The notes under the pieces were generated by a model. The model saw nothing but the letters and a program-made list of their open reading frames with translations. It was not told the origin of the DNA and did not search any database. DNA of 64,000 bases from Candidatus Aminicenantia bacterium (GTDB taxonomy: Bacteria > Acidobacteriota > Aminicenantia > Aminicenantales > Saccharicenantaceae), in the NCBI GenBank assembly GCA_041479905.1, contig JBGOYY010000010.1, forward strand, positions 1,370 through 65,369, given 5' to 3'. The position numbers were made by a program, and so were the translations under genes. Of the stretch, positions 45,139-54,688 are shown piece by piece (the stretch's first letter is position 1; each line of letters opens with the position of its first letter).

Positions 45139-45525
45139 ATGAAAAAAGTCATCACCTACGGCACGTTCGACCTGATCCACCGCGGGCACATCAATATCCT
45201 GCGCCGGGCCAAGGCCATGGGCGACTACCTCATCGTGGCCCTGTCGACCGACGAGTTCAACGCCGGCAAGGGCAAAGAAGTCTACTACACCTACGAGGAG
45301 CGCAAGCAGATCCTCGAGGCCATCAAGTACGTCGACGAGGTCATCCCGGAAACGCGCTGGGAGCAAAAGGTCGATGACGTCGTCAAGAACGGCGTCTCGG
45401 TCTTCGTCATCGGCGAAGATTGGAAGGGGAAGTTCGACTTCCTCACGCCCTACTGCGAGGTCATCTACCTGCCCCGTACCGAAGGCATCTCGACGACCCA
45501 GATCAAAAACGACCTCAAGAAATAA
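45139..45525 (+). CDS. tagD: Glycerol-3-phosphate cytidylyltransferase
   Basis: 128 aa: VITYGTFDLIHRGHINILRRAKAMGDYLIVALSTDEFN...RTEGISTT. Confidence 0.88.
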   Translation: MKKVITYGTFDLIHRGHINILRRAKAMGDYLIVALSTDEFNAGKGKEVYYTYEERKQILEAIKYVDEVIPETRWEQKVDDVVKNGVSVFVIGEDWKGKFDFLTPYCEVIYLPRTEGISTTQIKNDLKK

Positions 45526-45702
45526 GGTTCTTCGCCTGATTTCGGGGAATATCCCACGGCAGTGAATACCGCCCCTTTCCCCCCGGCCCCCGGGAACCAG
45601 TCCCGGCGGTTCCCCCATCGCCAAGCGCTGGGTCCCCCTCCGCTACGGGGGTCTTCAGGGCGGCATTCACTGCCGTGATTCCCCGAAAACGGCGGAAGAA
45701 CC
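45526..45702. repeat. Structured GC-rich element, copy A: a roughly 45-bp imperfect outer stem enclosing a conserved core of about 80 nt
   Basis: The outer arms 45526-45574 and 45658-45702 are complementary (GGTTCTTCGCC..TTTCGGGGAAT..CACGGCAGTGAATACCGCCC vs GGGCGGCATTCACTGCCGTG..ATTCCCCGAAA..GGCGGAAGAACC). The core 45576-45653 matches 61825-61904. Confidence 0.8.
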
Positions 45703-45725
45703 AGAATTAAACGTCCCGCCCTCTC

Positions 45726-48700
45726 TCATTTGATTGTGACCAGCGCGCCGGCGGAGTAGGCCGCGAACTCGGGGGCGTACATCGACTGGAGCGACGCCGG
45801 CGCGGCCTTGAACGTCCCGGCCATGGCGCAGCGCATCCGGTGCTTGAGCGTGTACTCGCCCTCCGGCAGCCATTCGACGAAGAAGTTCGTCCCACTGTCG
45901 CGGATCTCCTCGTAGCGGACGAGCCCCAGGTCCCACTTGTAGCCCGACGTGAGCGTCACCGGCTCGCACCCCGACGGCCGCGGGTCCCTCAAGTGGACGT
46001 ATTCGGCCTGATGGCGGGCCCGGATCGCGAGCTGGGCCTCGATCTCGTCGCCCACGGCGAGCGGCGTGCCTTCCGCGAGCGGCTTGAGGACGACCTCCTC
46101 GCCCTTCTTCTCCCGCTTGAAATAGGTCCGTTCGACCGCGAACAGGTCGCCGTCGCCCTTCTCGGGCATCCTCTCGGTGCTGAAGTGCCAGGTCGCGCTG
46201 GCGAAGGCCATGCCTTTGCCTTCTTTTGAGACCCGCACCGTGGCGCACTCCGGCCCCATTTTATCGCCCGGGACGACCAGCTGGTTTTTCTTGCCGGTGT
46301 ACTTGTCCGGCTCGAAGAGGAATACAGTCTTCGTGCCGCAGGCCTCGGCCGCGACCGACTCCCGGACGCCCAGCGCGCCGGTCTTCTTCAGGAAATACGC
46401 CACCGAGTAGATGACTTCGGACGTGGCCCGGGTCGATTTCCAGTGGTTGAGCTTCTTGTTAAGGAAAAGCCATTGGACGAGCCCCTCGCTCCGCGCGTCC
46501 GCCGGCATGAGCTCCATGAGCGTCCGCAGGGCGAAGGCGTGGGTTTCGATCGTGTCGTTGTACCAGAGCCAGCCGCGGTCCTCCGGCGCCCAGCTCGTGC
46601 CGCCGTCGACGGTCGTCTTGGCGCTGTCCATGACGCTCGCCCAGACGAGGGCCGCGTCCTTCGGCCGTACCGCCCGCTTCAACGTAAGTGACAGGTATCC
46701 CTTGAGATAGGGGGCGTGCTCCTTCCAGTGCTTGAACGAGAAGTCGAGCATCTGCTTCCGATCGGCGTCGGTAAAGACGCCGCCCGTCCACGACGCGTCG
46801 GGGAAATTGCTGATCGTGTAGTTGAGGAAGGTGACGAATTCCCAGCCCGTATCGTGGGCCATCATCGTCGACACGATCTCGTCGAGGTAATGCTGGTGCA
46901 GGTAGGCGAAGGCCCTGGCCACCGCCTCCTTAGGCACGTCGACGCCGAACTCGAGCGCCTTGGAAAAGCCCTGGACGATGTAGAGGGTCATGTAGGGCGA
47001 CGGCGGTCCGCCCGGCCACCACGGGAAGGCGCCGAGCGACGTCTGGGCCTTGAGGAGCTTGGCCAGCGACGATTCGCGCTGGGCCTTGGCCACGCGTGGG
47101 TCGAGCACCTTCGCCGCGCCAAAACCCGCGTCCTTGCCGCCCTGCGCCGTTTCGAGCCAGGGCGTCTCCTCGAGGGCCATCTTCCGGTTCGGGTCGGCGG
47201 CGTCGAACGTTTCGTAGACCGTTTCCCGTTTACTCAGGGCCTGGGCCATCCGCGCGACCTGCGGGTATTTATCGTAGAGGCTCGTCAGGATGCCCGTCGA
47301 CAGGAAGCGGTTGAGCGTCTGCTCCGTGCACTCGTAGGGATAGTTGATGAGATAGGGCAGGGCTTCGAGGAGCCCGTAGAAAAGCTGGGCGTCCACGGTG
47401 ACCACGAGCTGTTCGTTGATACGCGTCGGGTCGTCCGTCTTGGCCAGGTCGTCGAACCTGAGTTCGCGCGGCTTGCCCTCCTTGACCGTCACGAACCGCG
47501 ACTGGACGAGGTGCATCCGCCCCGGAAGGACCGGGAGCGGCCTGAGCTCTCCGTCTGATAGAGCGCCGGATTTCGCCACGACCTTGAAGGCGACCGTCCC
47601 GACGCGTGCCGGCGCGAGGAGCGGGAAGACGACGGCCGCCCCGCCTCCCGCCGCGACGCTGAACGCCCTGGCCGGAACGCTCGCCGGCAGTCCGAAGGCC
47701 GGGGCCAGGTTCTCGTTCGTCAGCGGGTCGTAGATCTCGAGAGAAACGTCGCCCGCGAGCGCCGCGACCCCGGCGTTGTTGACCATCACCCGGAGCTCGG
47801 CCTTGTCGCCTTCGCGGAAGAAGCGCGGCAGGTACGGCCGGACCATGAGGTCCTTGACCGTCCGGGCTTCTGTCTCGAGCGTCCCGCCCAGAAGGTCCCG
47901 CGTAACGCCATGCACGAAGACGCGCCAGCCCGTCACGGAATCGGGCACGGTGAACTCGATCGTCGCCGTCCCGTCCGCCCCCGTGAGCAGGTGGGGCTGC
48001 CAGAAAGCGGTCTCGGCGAAATTCGAGCGGAGCTGCGGCTGCGCTTCTTGCCCGACGATCACTGCCGCCTCTTCTTTCGCCGACGCACTATCACTCATGG
48101 AAGCGGATTTGGCCATTTGGGGCGAGGACATTCTCTCTTCGACGATGCCCCCCAGGACGCCGCCGACGACACCGCCCAGGACGCCGCCCTCGACGCCGCC
48201 CTCGACGCCGCCGCGCATCCGGCCGCCCGGGCCCCCGATCCCATAGCCGTCGAGCCCGAAGAGCTTGTCCGGATTGAAGGTGGGGTAGCCGGGGACGCGG
48301 TTCCAGTCATCATCGAAAGTGAAAGACATTGGGGCCGTCCCGAGCGCGGCGTCCCACCAGGCCGTGCCCGTCCGTCCGGGATAGAGGCCCAGCAGGCGCG
48401 GCGGCCGGTGCGGTGCGAAGAGGTCGAGGCTCCGGTCGTACATGTAGGCCAGGAGCTCAGCCGCGCCTTGGACGGCCGTTTTCCCGTCCGGAGTCTTGAC
48501 CGTCATGCGCCAGGTCTCCCGGCCTCCGGGAGTGAGCTTATCGCGGAACGTGGAGAAGGAGATCCCGAGCTCCTTGTTGTCCCAGGGTACGAAGACCGAG
48601 GCCTCTTCGCTCATGAACTGGTGGTCGCGGACGGCCGTGACGCGGGCGCCGAAGCCGCCCCTCAGGTCTTCCGTGACGGGCATGTCGATGATGCCGCCGT

Positions 48701-51700
48701 CCTTTCCGGCCTCGATCCAGCGGCGCTCCCAGAGTACGCCGCCGCGGAACGTCTCGAGAAGGACCGGCTGGCCGTTCCAGCCGCAGTCGACGAAGAGGCG
48801 CGCGGTGCCGCCGACCGGCACGGACGATCTTTCGGCCCGCAGGACGAGAGGCAGCTTGAGCTTGAGGGCGGGCTTCGCCTCGCCTACGACCAGGAAGTCC
48901 AGGCTGTCGCGGCAGAGGGCCCCGAAATCGTCCTTCGTCTCGTAAAGTATCCGGTAGGCTCCCGGCCCGAGCGCCGGGACGGCGACCGTCGCCATCCCCT
49001 TGGCGTCGTGATCGGCCGCTCCCTTGGCTGCTTCGCTTCCTTCCTTCCACAGGCGAAGGATGGCATCCGGAGAGCATGGATCCCACCGGGCCCGCAGGCG
49101 GTCGCCGGGCGTCGGCGGGAACATCGGGTCTTCCGTCCCCGGCTGGGGAGCGGGGAGGGGCTGGTCGGCCGGCAGGAGTGTCGCCTCGGGCTGGATGAGA
49201 CGAACGACGTGCCACGCGCCCTTTCCGGCTTTCGGCGTTCCGTTGAGGTCGGAGCGGGTGACCGTGAAGACGCCCTTGGCGTCGGCGCGGACGAACTCGC
49301 TTTCCGCTTCGAGCCGGGCCTCGACGCTGACGAAACCGAGCCTGAACGAACGGGAGGCCGAGCGCGTCTCGCCGCCCTCGTCGGTGACATCGACCGAGAG
49401 CGTGTAGCGGTAGGACAATCCCGATTCCGCCCCGTCCTTTTTTTCATCGGCACGGGGAGTGAATTCGACGTCGAACGCGCCGTCCGCGCCGATTATCGCC
49501 CGTCCGCCGGCGACGGTCTGACTGCGGCCGCCGCCGGTCTCCCACCACCACCAGCGCGGGTAGACCGGTTGGCGCTTGACCTGCCAGACGGCCTCGCCCC
49601 TCGCGACGGGAAGTCCGAAGTAATACCGGGCTTCGCCTTTGAGCGCCGCGGGCCGGTTCAGGCGCAAGGGCTTTTCCGGGTCCTTGACCGAAACCTCGAA
49701 GGTCGGCCGCTTGTACTCTTCGACGCGCACCGCGGCCTGGCCGTCGGGAGAGGAGCGGAGGCGCCAGCCGCCGAGGGGCCGGCCGGCCGCCGGGACAACG
49801 AACTCGCCGCTCGCCGTGCCGAAAGCGTTGGTCGAGGCGACGGCTACGGCGACGCGTTGATTGTTGATGTCTTCGAGCCAGACCGAGACGCCGGTTCCCG
49901 CGTCGGGGCTGAGCTTGCCCAGGTCGGCGCGGCCTTTATAGGCGAGTATCTTCCAGAAGATCTTCTGTCCGGGGCGATAGATGCTGCGGTCGGTGTAGAT
50001 GAGGGCGGCCCGGGAATCGCGCGGCTCGGAGCCGCCGGAAAGATAGAGGTAGTCGGGATCGAAGGCGGCGTCCCGGCCCTTTTTCGCGAAGAGAAAATAG
50101 GGGCCGGAGCGCTCGCGGGGAGCGAACCAGACGCGGCCCTGGGCGTCGGTCGTTTTCGACTCGACCCGGGTGTGGCCCTTTCGCCATTCGAAGGCGTAGA
50201 GGTCGACCGTCACCCCGGAGAGGGGGAGGCCCGTCGCGCCGGAAAGGACGAGGACTTCCTTGCCGCCGGCGATGTCGGCGTTCCGGACGCGGGCCCGGCC
50301 GCCGCCGTCGCGCTTGATCATGACCAGTTCGCCGAGGATGACGCTGAGGCCGATCGTGCGGTTGCCGGCGGCGGCGAAATCCTCGCGCGCGGACGCGGCG
50401 ATGAGATAGAGGCCGGGTGCGAGTGATCGCGGCAGGACGGCGAAAGTGCGGTGGTCCCGGTAGTCCGAGCTCTTGGGCAGGTCGACGGCCCAAGCGGCGT
50501 CGGGGCGGCGGGCGTCGACGATCTTGCGGGCTTCCTCGCTCTCCGGGAAGATGTTGTAGTCCTGGGCCGTCTTGACGAGCGCCTCGATGTCGAGGGCGTA
50601 GGCGCGCAGGAACACCCGGTCGAGGTTGCGGTGGCTGACGCGGACGGAGCGGCGGCCCGGGGCGTCGGCGCGCATCGATTCGATCGAGTACTCGGGCGCC
50701 TCGATCGACTTGAGGATGTGCAGGCATTGCAGGCCGCCGGGAGAGGAGGGGAAGCGCTCGACGCCTTCGGCGGCGAGTTTGCGGGCGCGGACGAGAGCGT
50801 CGGGGGCGGCCTCCTCCCGCGTGTATTCGGCGAGGAGCGCCTGGCCGACGGCCCACCAAGCGTGCTTGCGTTGGGAGGGCAGGAATTCGGCCAGGTGCGC
50901 GCGGATGGCGGCGCGGCTTTCGTCGGAGTCGAACGCGGCGTAGAGCGCCCGGACGAGCTCGAAGCGGGCTTCGAGGGCGGCTTCGGGACGGGAGGCGCGG
51001 CGGCTGAAGGATTCGTGCTCGCCGAGGAGGGCGCGGATCTTTTCAACCGGGTGGTTGGCGGGCGATTCGAGAGCGCGGGCGGCGGCGGTGTTGCCGGAGC
51101 CGGATTTCCCGGCTTGCGCCAGGAGTTTATCGAGGTCGAGGAGCCAGGTCTCGTTCGACTGGCGCGGCGTCCAGAAGCCCGTATCGGCGAGGAGCCGGGC
51201 CATGAGGTAGACGACGCCGTCTCGCAGGGTGTCGCGCACGCCGGCCGGGTAGGTGCCGGCCGTCCAGAAGTCGGGGAATTCAGCGGCCTTGCGCTCGGCC
51301 AGGCGCTCGCGGTCCTTCCAGACGCGAAGGGCCGACTTCCAGGCCTCGTCGAAGATCTGGTCCCTCGTCCATGATTTGAGGTCGACGGGGCCTTTGGCCT
51401 CGACGCGCTCGCGGCGGTTGATGTCCCAGGAATAGGCGTGGTAGTAAGTGACGAGCGACTGGGCGTAGAAGAGGTCGAGCATGTCGCGCTCGAGAGGGGA
51501 GTCCGGCCAGGTCTGCTCTTTGAAGAACCGGACGGCCGTTTCGTAGCCGTGAAGCGCCGTCCGCAGCTGGCCCTCTTTGATCAGGGCCCAGGTCCAGAGG
51601 GGATTGTCGCCGAGACGGCGGGCCTCCTCGCGGACGCGGGCGGCTTCCTCGGCGGCGGCTTCGAATTTCTGTTCCGCGACGAGCTTTTCGACGGCCTGGC

Positions 51701-51941
51701 GGGCGGCCTTGAGCTTCGATTGGGATTCGACAGCCATGGATGCATCCTCGGTATCATCGGTTCGCGGCGCCGCGGTCGATACCACGCGCCCCGCGGACAG
51801 AGGACAGGGGCGGTTCGCGATGATCGCGAAGAGACCGGTAGCAAGGACGGCGGCCAGGACCGCCGCCGCGGCGACGACCGGAGACCGCCTCCGGGAGCGA
51901 TCTTTCATCGGGGATTTCTTGTCGGGTTCTTGGCTGTTCAT
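45726..51941 (-). CDS. Alpha-2-macroglobulin family protein (bacterial A2M) with an intact thioester motif
   Basis: 2071 aa. Has an N-terminal TM/signal anchor, MG-domain-like repeats, and the thioester motif YPYECTEQTLNRF. Confidence 0.9.
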   Translation of the reverse strand: MNSQEPDKKSPMKDRSRRRSPVVAAAAVLAAVLATGLFAIIANRPCPLSAGRVVSTAAPRTDDTEDASMAVESQSKLKAARQAVEKLVAEQKFEAAAEEAARVREEARRLGDNPLWTWALIKEGQLRTALHGYETAVRFFKEQTWPDSPLERDMLDLFYAQSLVTYYHAYSWDINRRERVEAKGPVDLKSWTRDQIFDEAWKSALRVWKDRERLAERKAAEFPDFWTAGTYPAGVRDTLRDGVVYLMARLLADTGFWTPRQSNETWLLDLDKLLAQAGKSGSGNTAAARALESPANHPVEKIRALLGEHESFSRRASRPEAALEARFELVRALYAAFDSDESRAAIRAHLAEFLPSQRKHAWWAVGQALLAEYTREEAAPDALVRARKLAAEGVERFPSSPGGLQCLHILKSIEAPEYSIESMRADAPGRRSVRVSHRNLDRVFLRAYALDIEALVKTAQDYNIFPESEEARKIVDARRPDAAWAVDLPKSSDYRDHRTFAVLPRSLAPGLYLIAASAREDFAAAGNRTIGLSVILGELVMIKRDGGGRARVRNADIAGGKEVLVLSGATGLPLSGVTVDLYAFEWRKGHTRVESKTTDAQGRVWFAPRERSGPYFLFAKKGRDAAFDPDYLYLSGGSEPRDSRAALIYTDRSIYRPGQKIFWKILAYKGRADLGKLSPDAGTGVSVWLEDINNQRVAVAVASTNAFGTASGEFVVPAAGRPLGGWRLRSSPDGQAAVRVEEYKRPTFEVSVKDPEKPLRLNRPAALKGEARYYFGLPVARGEAVWQVKRQPVYPRWWWWETGGGRSQTVAGGRAIIGADGAFDVEFTPRADEKKDGAESGLSYRYTLSVDVTDEGGETRSASRSFRLGFVSVEARLEAESEFVRADAKGVFTVTRSDLNGTPKAGKGAWHVVRLIQPEATLLPADQPLPAPQPGTEDPMFPPTPGDRLRARWDPCSPDAILRLWKEGSEAAKGAADHDAKGMATVAVPALGPGAYRILYETKDDFGALCRDSLDFLVVGEAKPALKLKLPLVLRAERSSVPVGGTARLFVDCGWNGQPVLLETFRGGVLWERRWIEAGKDGGIIDMPVTEDLRGGFGARVTAVRDHQFMSEEASVFVPWDNKELGISFSTFRDKLTPGGRETWRMTVKTPDGKTAVQGAAELLAYMYDRSLDLFAPHRPPRLLGLYPGRTGTAWWDAALGTAPMSFTFDDDWNRVPGYPTFNPDKLFGLDGYGIGGPGGRMRGGVEGGVEGGVLGGVVGGVLGGIVEERMSSPQMAKSASMSDSASAKEEAAVIVGQEAQPQLRSNFAETAFWQPHLLTGADGTATIEFTVPDSVTGWRVFVHGVTRDLLGGTLETEARTVKDLMVRPYLPRFFREGDKAELRVMVNNAGVAALAGDVSLEIYDPLTNENLAPAFGLPASVPARAFSVAAGGGAAVVFPLLAPARVGTVAFKVVAKSGALSDGELRPLPVLPGRMHLVQSRFVTVKEGKPRELRFDDLAKTDDPTRINEQLVVTVDAQLFYGLLEALPYLINYPYECTEQTLNRFLSTGILTSLYDKYPQVARMAQALSKRETVYETFDAADPNRKMALEETPWLETAQGGKDAGFGAAKVLDPRVAKAQRESSLAKLLKAQTSLGAFPWWPGGPPSPYMTLYIVQGFSKALEFGVDVPKEAVARAFAYLHQHYLDEIVSTMMAHDTGWEFVTFLNYTISNFPDASWTGGVFTDADRKQMLDFSFKHWKEHAPYLKGYLSLTLKRAVRPKDAALVWASVMDSAKTTVDGGTSWAPEDRGWLWYNDTIETHAFALRTLMELMPADARSEGLVQWLFLNKKLNHWKSTRATSEVIYSVAYFLKKTGALGVRESVAAEACGTKTVFLFEPDKYTGKKNQLVVPGDKMGPECATVRVSKEGKGMAFASATWHFSTERMPEKGDGDLFAVERTYFKREKKGEEVVLKPLAEGTPLAVGDEIEAQLAIRARHQAEYVHLRDPRPSGCEPVTLTSGYKWDLGLVRYEEIRDSGTNFFVEWLPEGEYTLKHRMRCAMAGTFKAAPASLQSMYAPEFAAYSAGALVTIK

Positions 51942-52092
51942 GCGTTCCTCCCGGCGGTCCGCCCGCCGTCATCTCGAGCGTTGATGGGCACCGGCCTCAT
52001 CGATAGATACAACCGGCGAAAAAAAATAGTCCCTCATCCATGCTTTTCCTCATCATATGGCAGGAGTGCGGCCGTGTAAATAGTCGCGGGAG

Positions 52093-52122
52093 TTGACCAG
52101 GTCGAGCTGGGTGGCTTAGAAT
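52093..52122 (+). promoter_or_regulatory. Sigma70-like promoter for the DUF2961 gene
   Basis: TTGACC at 52093-52098, an 18-nt spacer, TAGAAT at 52117-52122, then GGAGGG before ATG 52143. Confidence 0.45.
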
Positions 52123-52142
52123 GAGCCCGAAGGAGGGCACGC

Positions 52143-53348
52143 ATGAACAAACGACACTTCTTCAAGGCCGGACTGGCCATCCTCGCTTTGGCCGTCTTCG
52201 TCTCGGCCGGGGCCCCGGCCTTGCCAGGACCGGGACTGGGAAGCCCGGCCCAGGACGAGAAGAAATTCAACGGCATCGGCACGGGCCTCGGCAACCTGTC
52301 GCGCCTCTCGAAGGCCCAGACGCGGTCCATCAGCCCGGAGAACTTCACCGGGGAGAAGGGCAAGGCCGGCATGTCGACCGACGGCCCGGCCATGAAATCG
52401 GCCCGCGACCTCGGACAGGGCTGGAAAGTGTCGCCCTACGTCCGCGTTCCGCCCAAGGAGACCTTCGTCATGGCCGACGTCAAGGGCGAGGGCGCCATCC
52501 AGCAGATCTGGCTGACGCCGGCCGGCAACTGGCGCTTCGCCATCCTCCGCTTTTACTGGGACGGCGAGACCGAGCCCTCGGTCGAGTGCCCCGTCGGCGA
52601 CTTCTTCGCCAGCGGCTGGGGCCAGTACGCCCAAATCTCGTCGCTCCCCGTCTGCGTCAATCCGGGCAGCGCCTTCAATTCGTACTGGGAGATGCCCTTC
52701 CGCAAGGGCTTCAAGATCACCATCGAGAACCTTGCCGACGACATCTTCACGGTGTACTACCAGATCAACTACGCTCTGACGAGCGTCCCCGACGCCGCGG
52801 CCTATTTCCACGCCCAGTTCCGGCGCGTCAACCCGCTCCCCTATAAGGACGTCTATACCGTCCTCGACGGCGTCAAGGGCTGGGGCCACTACGTCGGCAC
52901 TTACATGGCTTGGGGCGTCAACAACAACGGCTGGTGGGGCGAGGGCGAGATCAAGTTCTTCCTCGACGGCGACACGAAGTTCCCGACGATCGCCGGCACG
53001 GGCACCGAGGATTATTTCTGCGGCTCCTACGACTTCGACGCCAAGGCCCCGGACGGCTCGATCCAGTACCACGAGTTCACGACGCCGTACACGGGCCTTT
53101 CCCAGGTCATCCGCGGCGACGGGCACTACCAGGTCCAGCAGAGGTTCGGGCTGTACCGCTGGCACATCACCGACCCCATCCGCTTCGAGAAGGACCTCAA
53201 GGTGACGATCCAAGCGCTGGGCTGGCGGACGGGCGGGCGCTACTTGCCCCTCCAGGACGACATCGCCTCGGTCGCGTTCTGGTACCAGCAGGAGCCGCAC
53301 GCCAAGTTCCCCAAGCTCCCGGACAAGGATTACCTGGAGATCATTTAG
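52143..53348 (+). CDS. DUF2961 (GH172-like) secreted protein
   Basis: 401 aa with a signal peptide. Sequence features: RSISPENFTGEKGKAG... and ...VAFWYQQEPH. Confidence 0.75.
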   Translation: MNKRHFFKAGLAILALAVFVSAGAPALPGPGLGSPAQDEKKFNGIGTGLGNLSRLSKAQTRSISPENFTGEKGKAGMSTDGPAMKSARDLGQGWKVSPYVRVPPKETFVMADVKGEGAIQQIWLTPAGNWRFAILRFYWDGETEPSVECPVGDFFASGWGQYAQISSLPVCVNPGSAFNSYWEMPFRKGFKITIENLADDIFTVYYQINYALTSVPDAAAYFHAQFRRVNPLPYKDVYTVLDGVKGWGHYVGTYMAWGVNNNGWWGEGEIKFFLDGDTKFPTIAGTGTEDYFCGSYDFDAKAPDGSIQYHEFTTPYTGLSQVIRGDGHYQVQQRFGLYRWHITDPIRFEKDLKVTIQALGWRTGGRYLPLQDDIASVAFWYQQEPHAKFPKLPDKDYLEII

Positions 53349-53357
53349 CGGAGCGGC

Positions 53358-54677
53358 TCAGTTATCGCGGCCTTCGACCTGATCGAGGACGGCCTTGACG
53401 TAATTGCCGGAGGCGGCCATCCGGACTTCGAAGGCGTTCTTCAGGGCCATCAACTCTTTCAGGAAGGGCCGGAAGTCGGAGGGGTCGCTCCAGTTGGCCA
53501 TCGTCAGCCGCTCGATGATTTCCTTCATGCCCTGGGCGCTGATGACCTCGGCGAAGGTCTCGGGCAGCTTGCCGTTCTCTTTGTCGCAGAACCGGACGAC
53601 GCGAAAGAAGACCTTGCGCAGGACTTCCTGCTGGTTGAGGATCTCCTGCTTGAGCAGGAAGAGGTCCTTCACCGATCCGGTCTTGTCGAGCTGGGAATGG
53701 AGATGGCCGGCGCTCTCGACGATCTTGCCGACCGCCGTCATGAAGGATTCGGCGTCGAGGACGGCGCCGGCCTCGGCCGCGAAAAAGCCGAGCTCGATGC
53801 CATTGTTCACGGGCTCGGTCCGGCGGTAACGGGCCAGGGCGGCGAGGCAGAATTCGCGTTCCGCGTCCGGAGCCGGCGCGGCCGGTTCGACCGCGGGCTG
53901 GGGCTCGGCGGGCAGGACGGCGGCTTCCTTGTAAGGCTCTTTAGCGAGAACCGGTGAGACCGTGACGTTCCCGGCCTGGCTGCCGGGGATATCGCCCCAG
54001 GCGGGGTTGGAGTCGGCGAACTCGACGTCGTCCAAGACCCCGTCGTCTTCCGCGGACACGGGGGACGCGAAGGTCACGGGGACGGCGGGCGGTTCGGGCG
54101 TCACGGCCTCGGGCGCCGGGGCGAATTCGGTCTGCCGGAGCGTCGACAGGAGGTCGCGGACCTTCTTCAGCTTGAGCATCTCTTCGTTCCAGTCCACGCC
54201 GCTCGCCGCGCTCTCGGCGGGCGCGGGGATCCGGGCGGCGATGCCGGCGTATCCGGCGAGGTTCTTCTTGATGTTCTTGTATTCATCCTCGGCCCGCAGG
54301 CGGATCTTTTCGAGGTCCTGGTTGAGGCCGGCGATCCTTTCGAGCTCGTCCCCGGCCAGGCCGGCCGCGTTCTCCATCATCTTCTGGTAATTCACGGCGC
54401 GGTCGAGGTGGCCCCGGATCTGGCCCCGGATATTCTCCTCGGCCCCCTGGAGCTCGGCCATGACAGACTTGTGCTCGTCGAGGAAGCCCCGGACCTGGGC
54501 GAATTCCTGGTTGACGGCCTCGATCTTCCTGAGCGCCTCTTCCTTCTCGCGGGTGATCGTTTCGATGAGGCCCTGCTCCACCTCGGTTTTCTGGGCCGAG
54601 AAGATCTCGCTGACGCGTTGTTCGATGTCGTCGAGGAAGGCTGTCGGCTCGGTGCGGTGTTCGGCGATGTGACTCAT
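53358..54677 (-). CDS. Hypothetical protein: N-terminal coiled coil, Pro/Ala-rich linker, C-terminal globular domain
   Basis: 439-aa ORF with GC-rich third codon positions, 11 nt downstream of the PilZ gene. I recognise no family motif. Confidence 0.65.
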   Translation of the reverse strand: MSHIAEHRTEPTAFLDDIEQRVSEIFSAQKTEVEQGLIETITREKEEALRKIEAVNQEFAQVRGFLDEHKSVMAELQGAEENIRGQIRGHLDRAVNYQKMMENAAGLAGDELERIAGLNQDLEKIRLRAEDEYKNIKKNLAGYAGIAARIPAPAESAASGVDWNEEMLKLKKVRDLLSTLRQTEFAPAPEAVTPEPPAVPVTFASPVSAEDDGVLDDVEFADSNPAWGDIPGSQAGNVTVSPVLAKEPYKEAAVLPAEPQPAVEPAAPAPDAEREFCLAALARYRRTEPVNNGIELGFFAAEAGAVLDAESFMTAVGKIVESAGHLHSQLDKTGSVKDLFLLKQEILNQQEVLRKVFFRVVRFCDKENGKLPETFAEVISAQGMKEIIERLTMANWSDPSDFRPFLKELMALKNAFEVRMAASGNYVKAVLDQVEGRDN

Positions 54678-54688
54678 GGGGAACTCCT

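Noticed and set aside
48141-48218. Short tandem nucleotide repeats (gacgccgcc-type) that could be mistaken for a repeat array
   Set aside because: They lie inside the A2M coding frame and encode the GGV(E/L/V) repeat. There is no spacer-repeat organisation, so this is not a CRISPR array.
47910-50426. 838-aa plus-strand ORF and many smaller ORFs between 45.8 and 52.0 kb
   Set aside because: They are antisense or alternative-frame to the 2071-aa A2M gene, which has the thioester and MG-like features. Their composition is Arg/Gly/Pro/Ala-rich and shows no motifs.
52116-53300. 394-aa minus-strand ORF, plus the 241-aa and 162-aa plus-strand alternative frames
   Set aside because: They overlap the DUF2961-like gene, which has a signal peptide, an RBS, a promoter and family-typical motifs. 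The antisense product is a low-complexity Val/Asp/Arg/Gly sequence.
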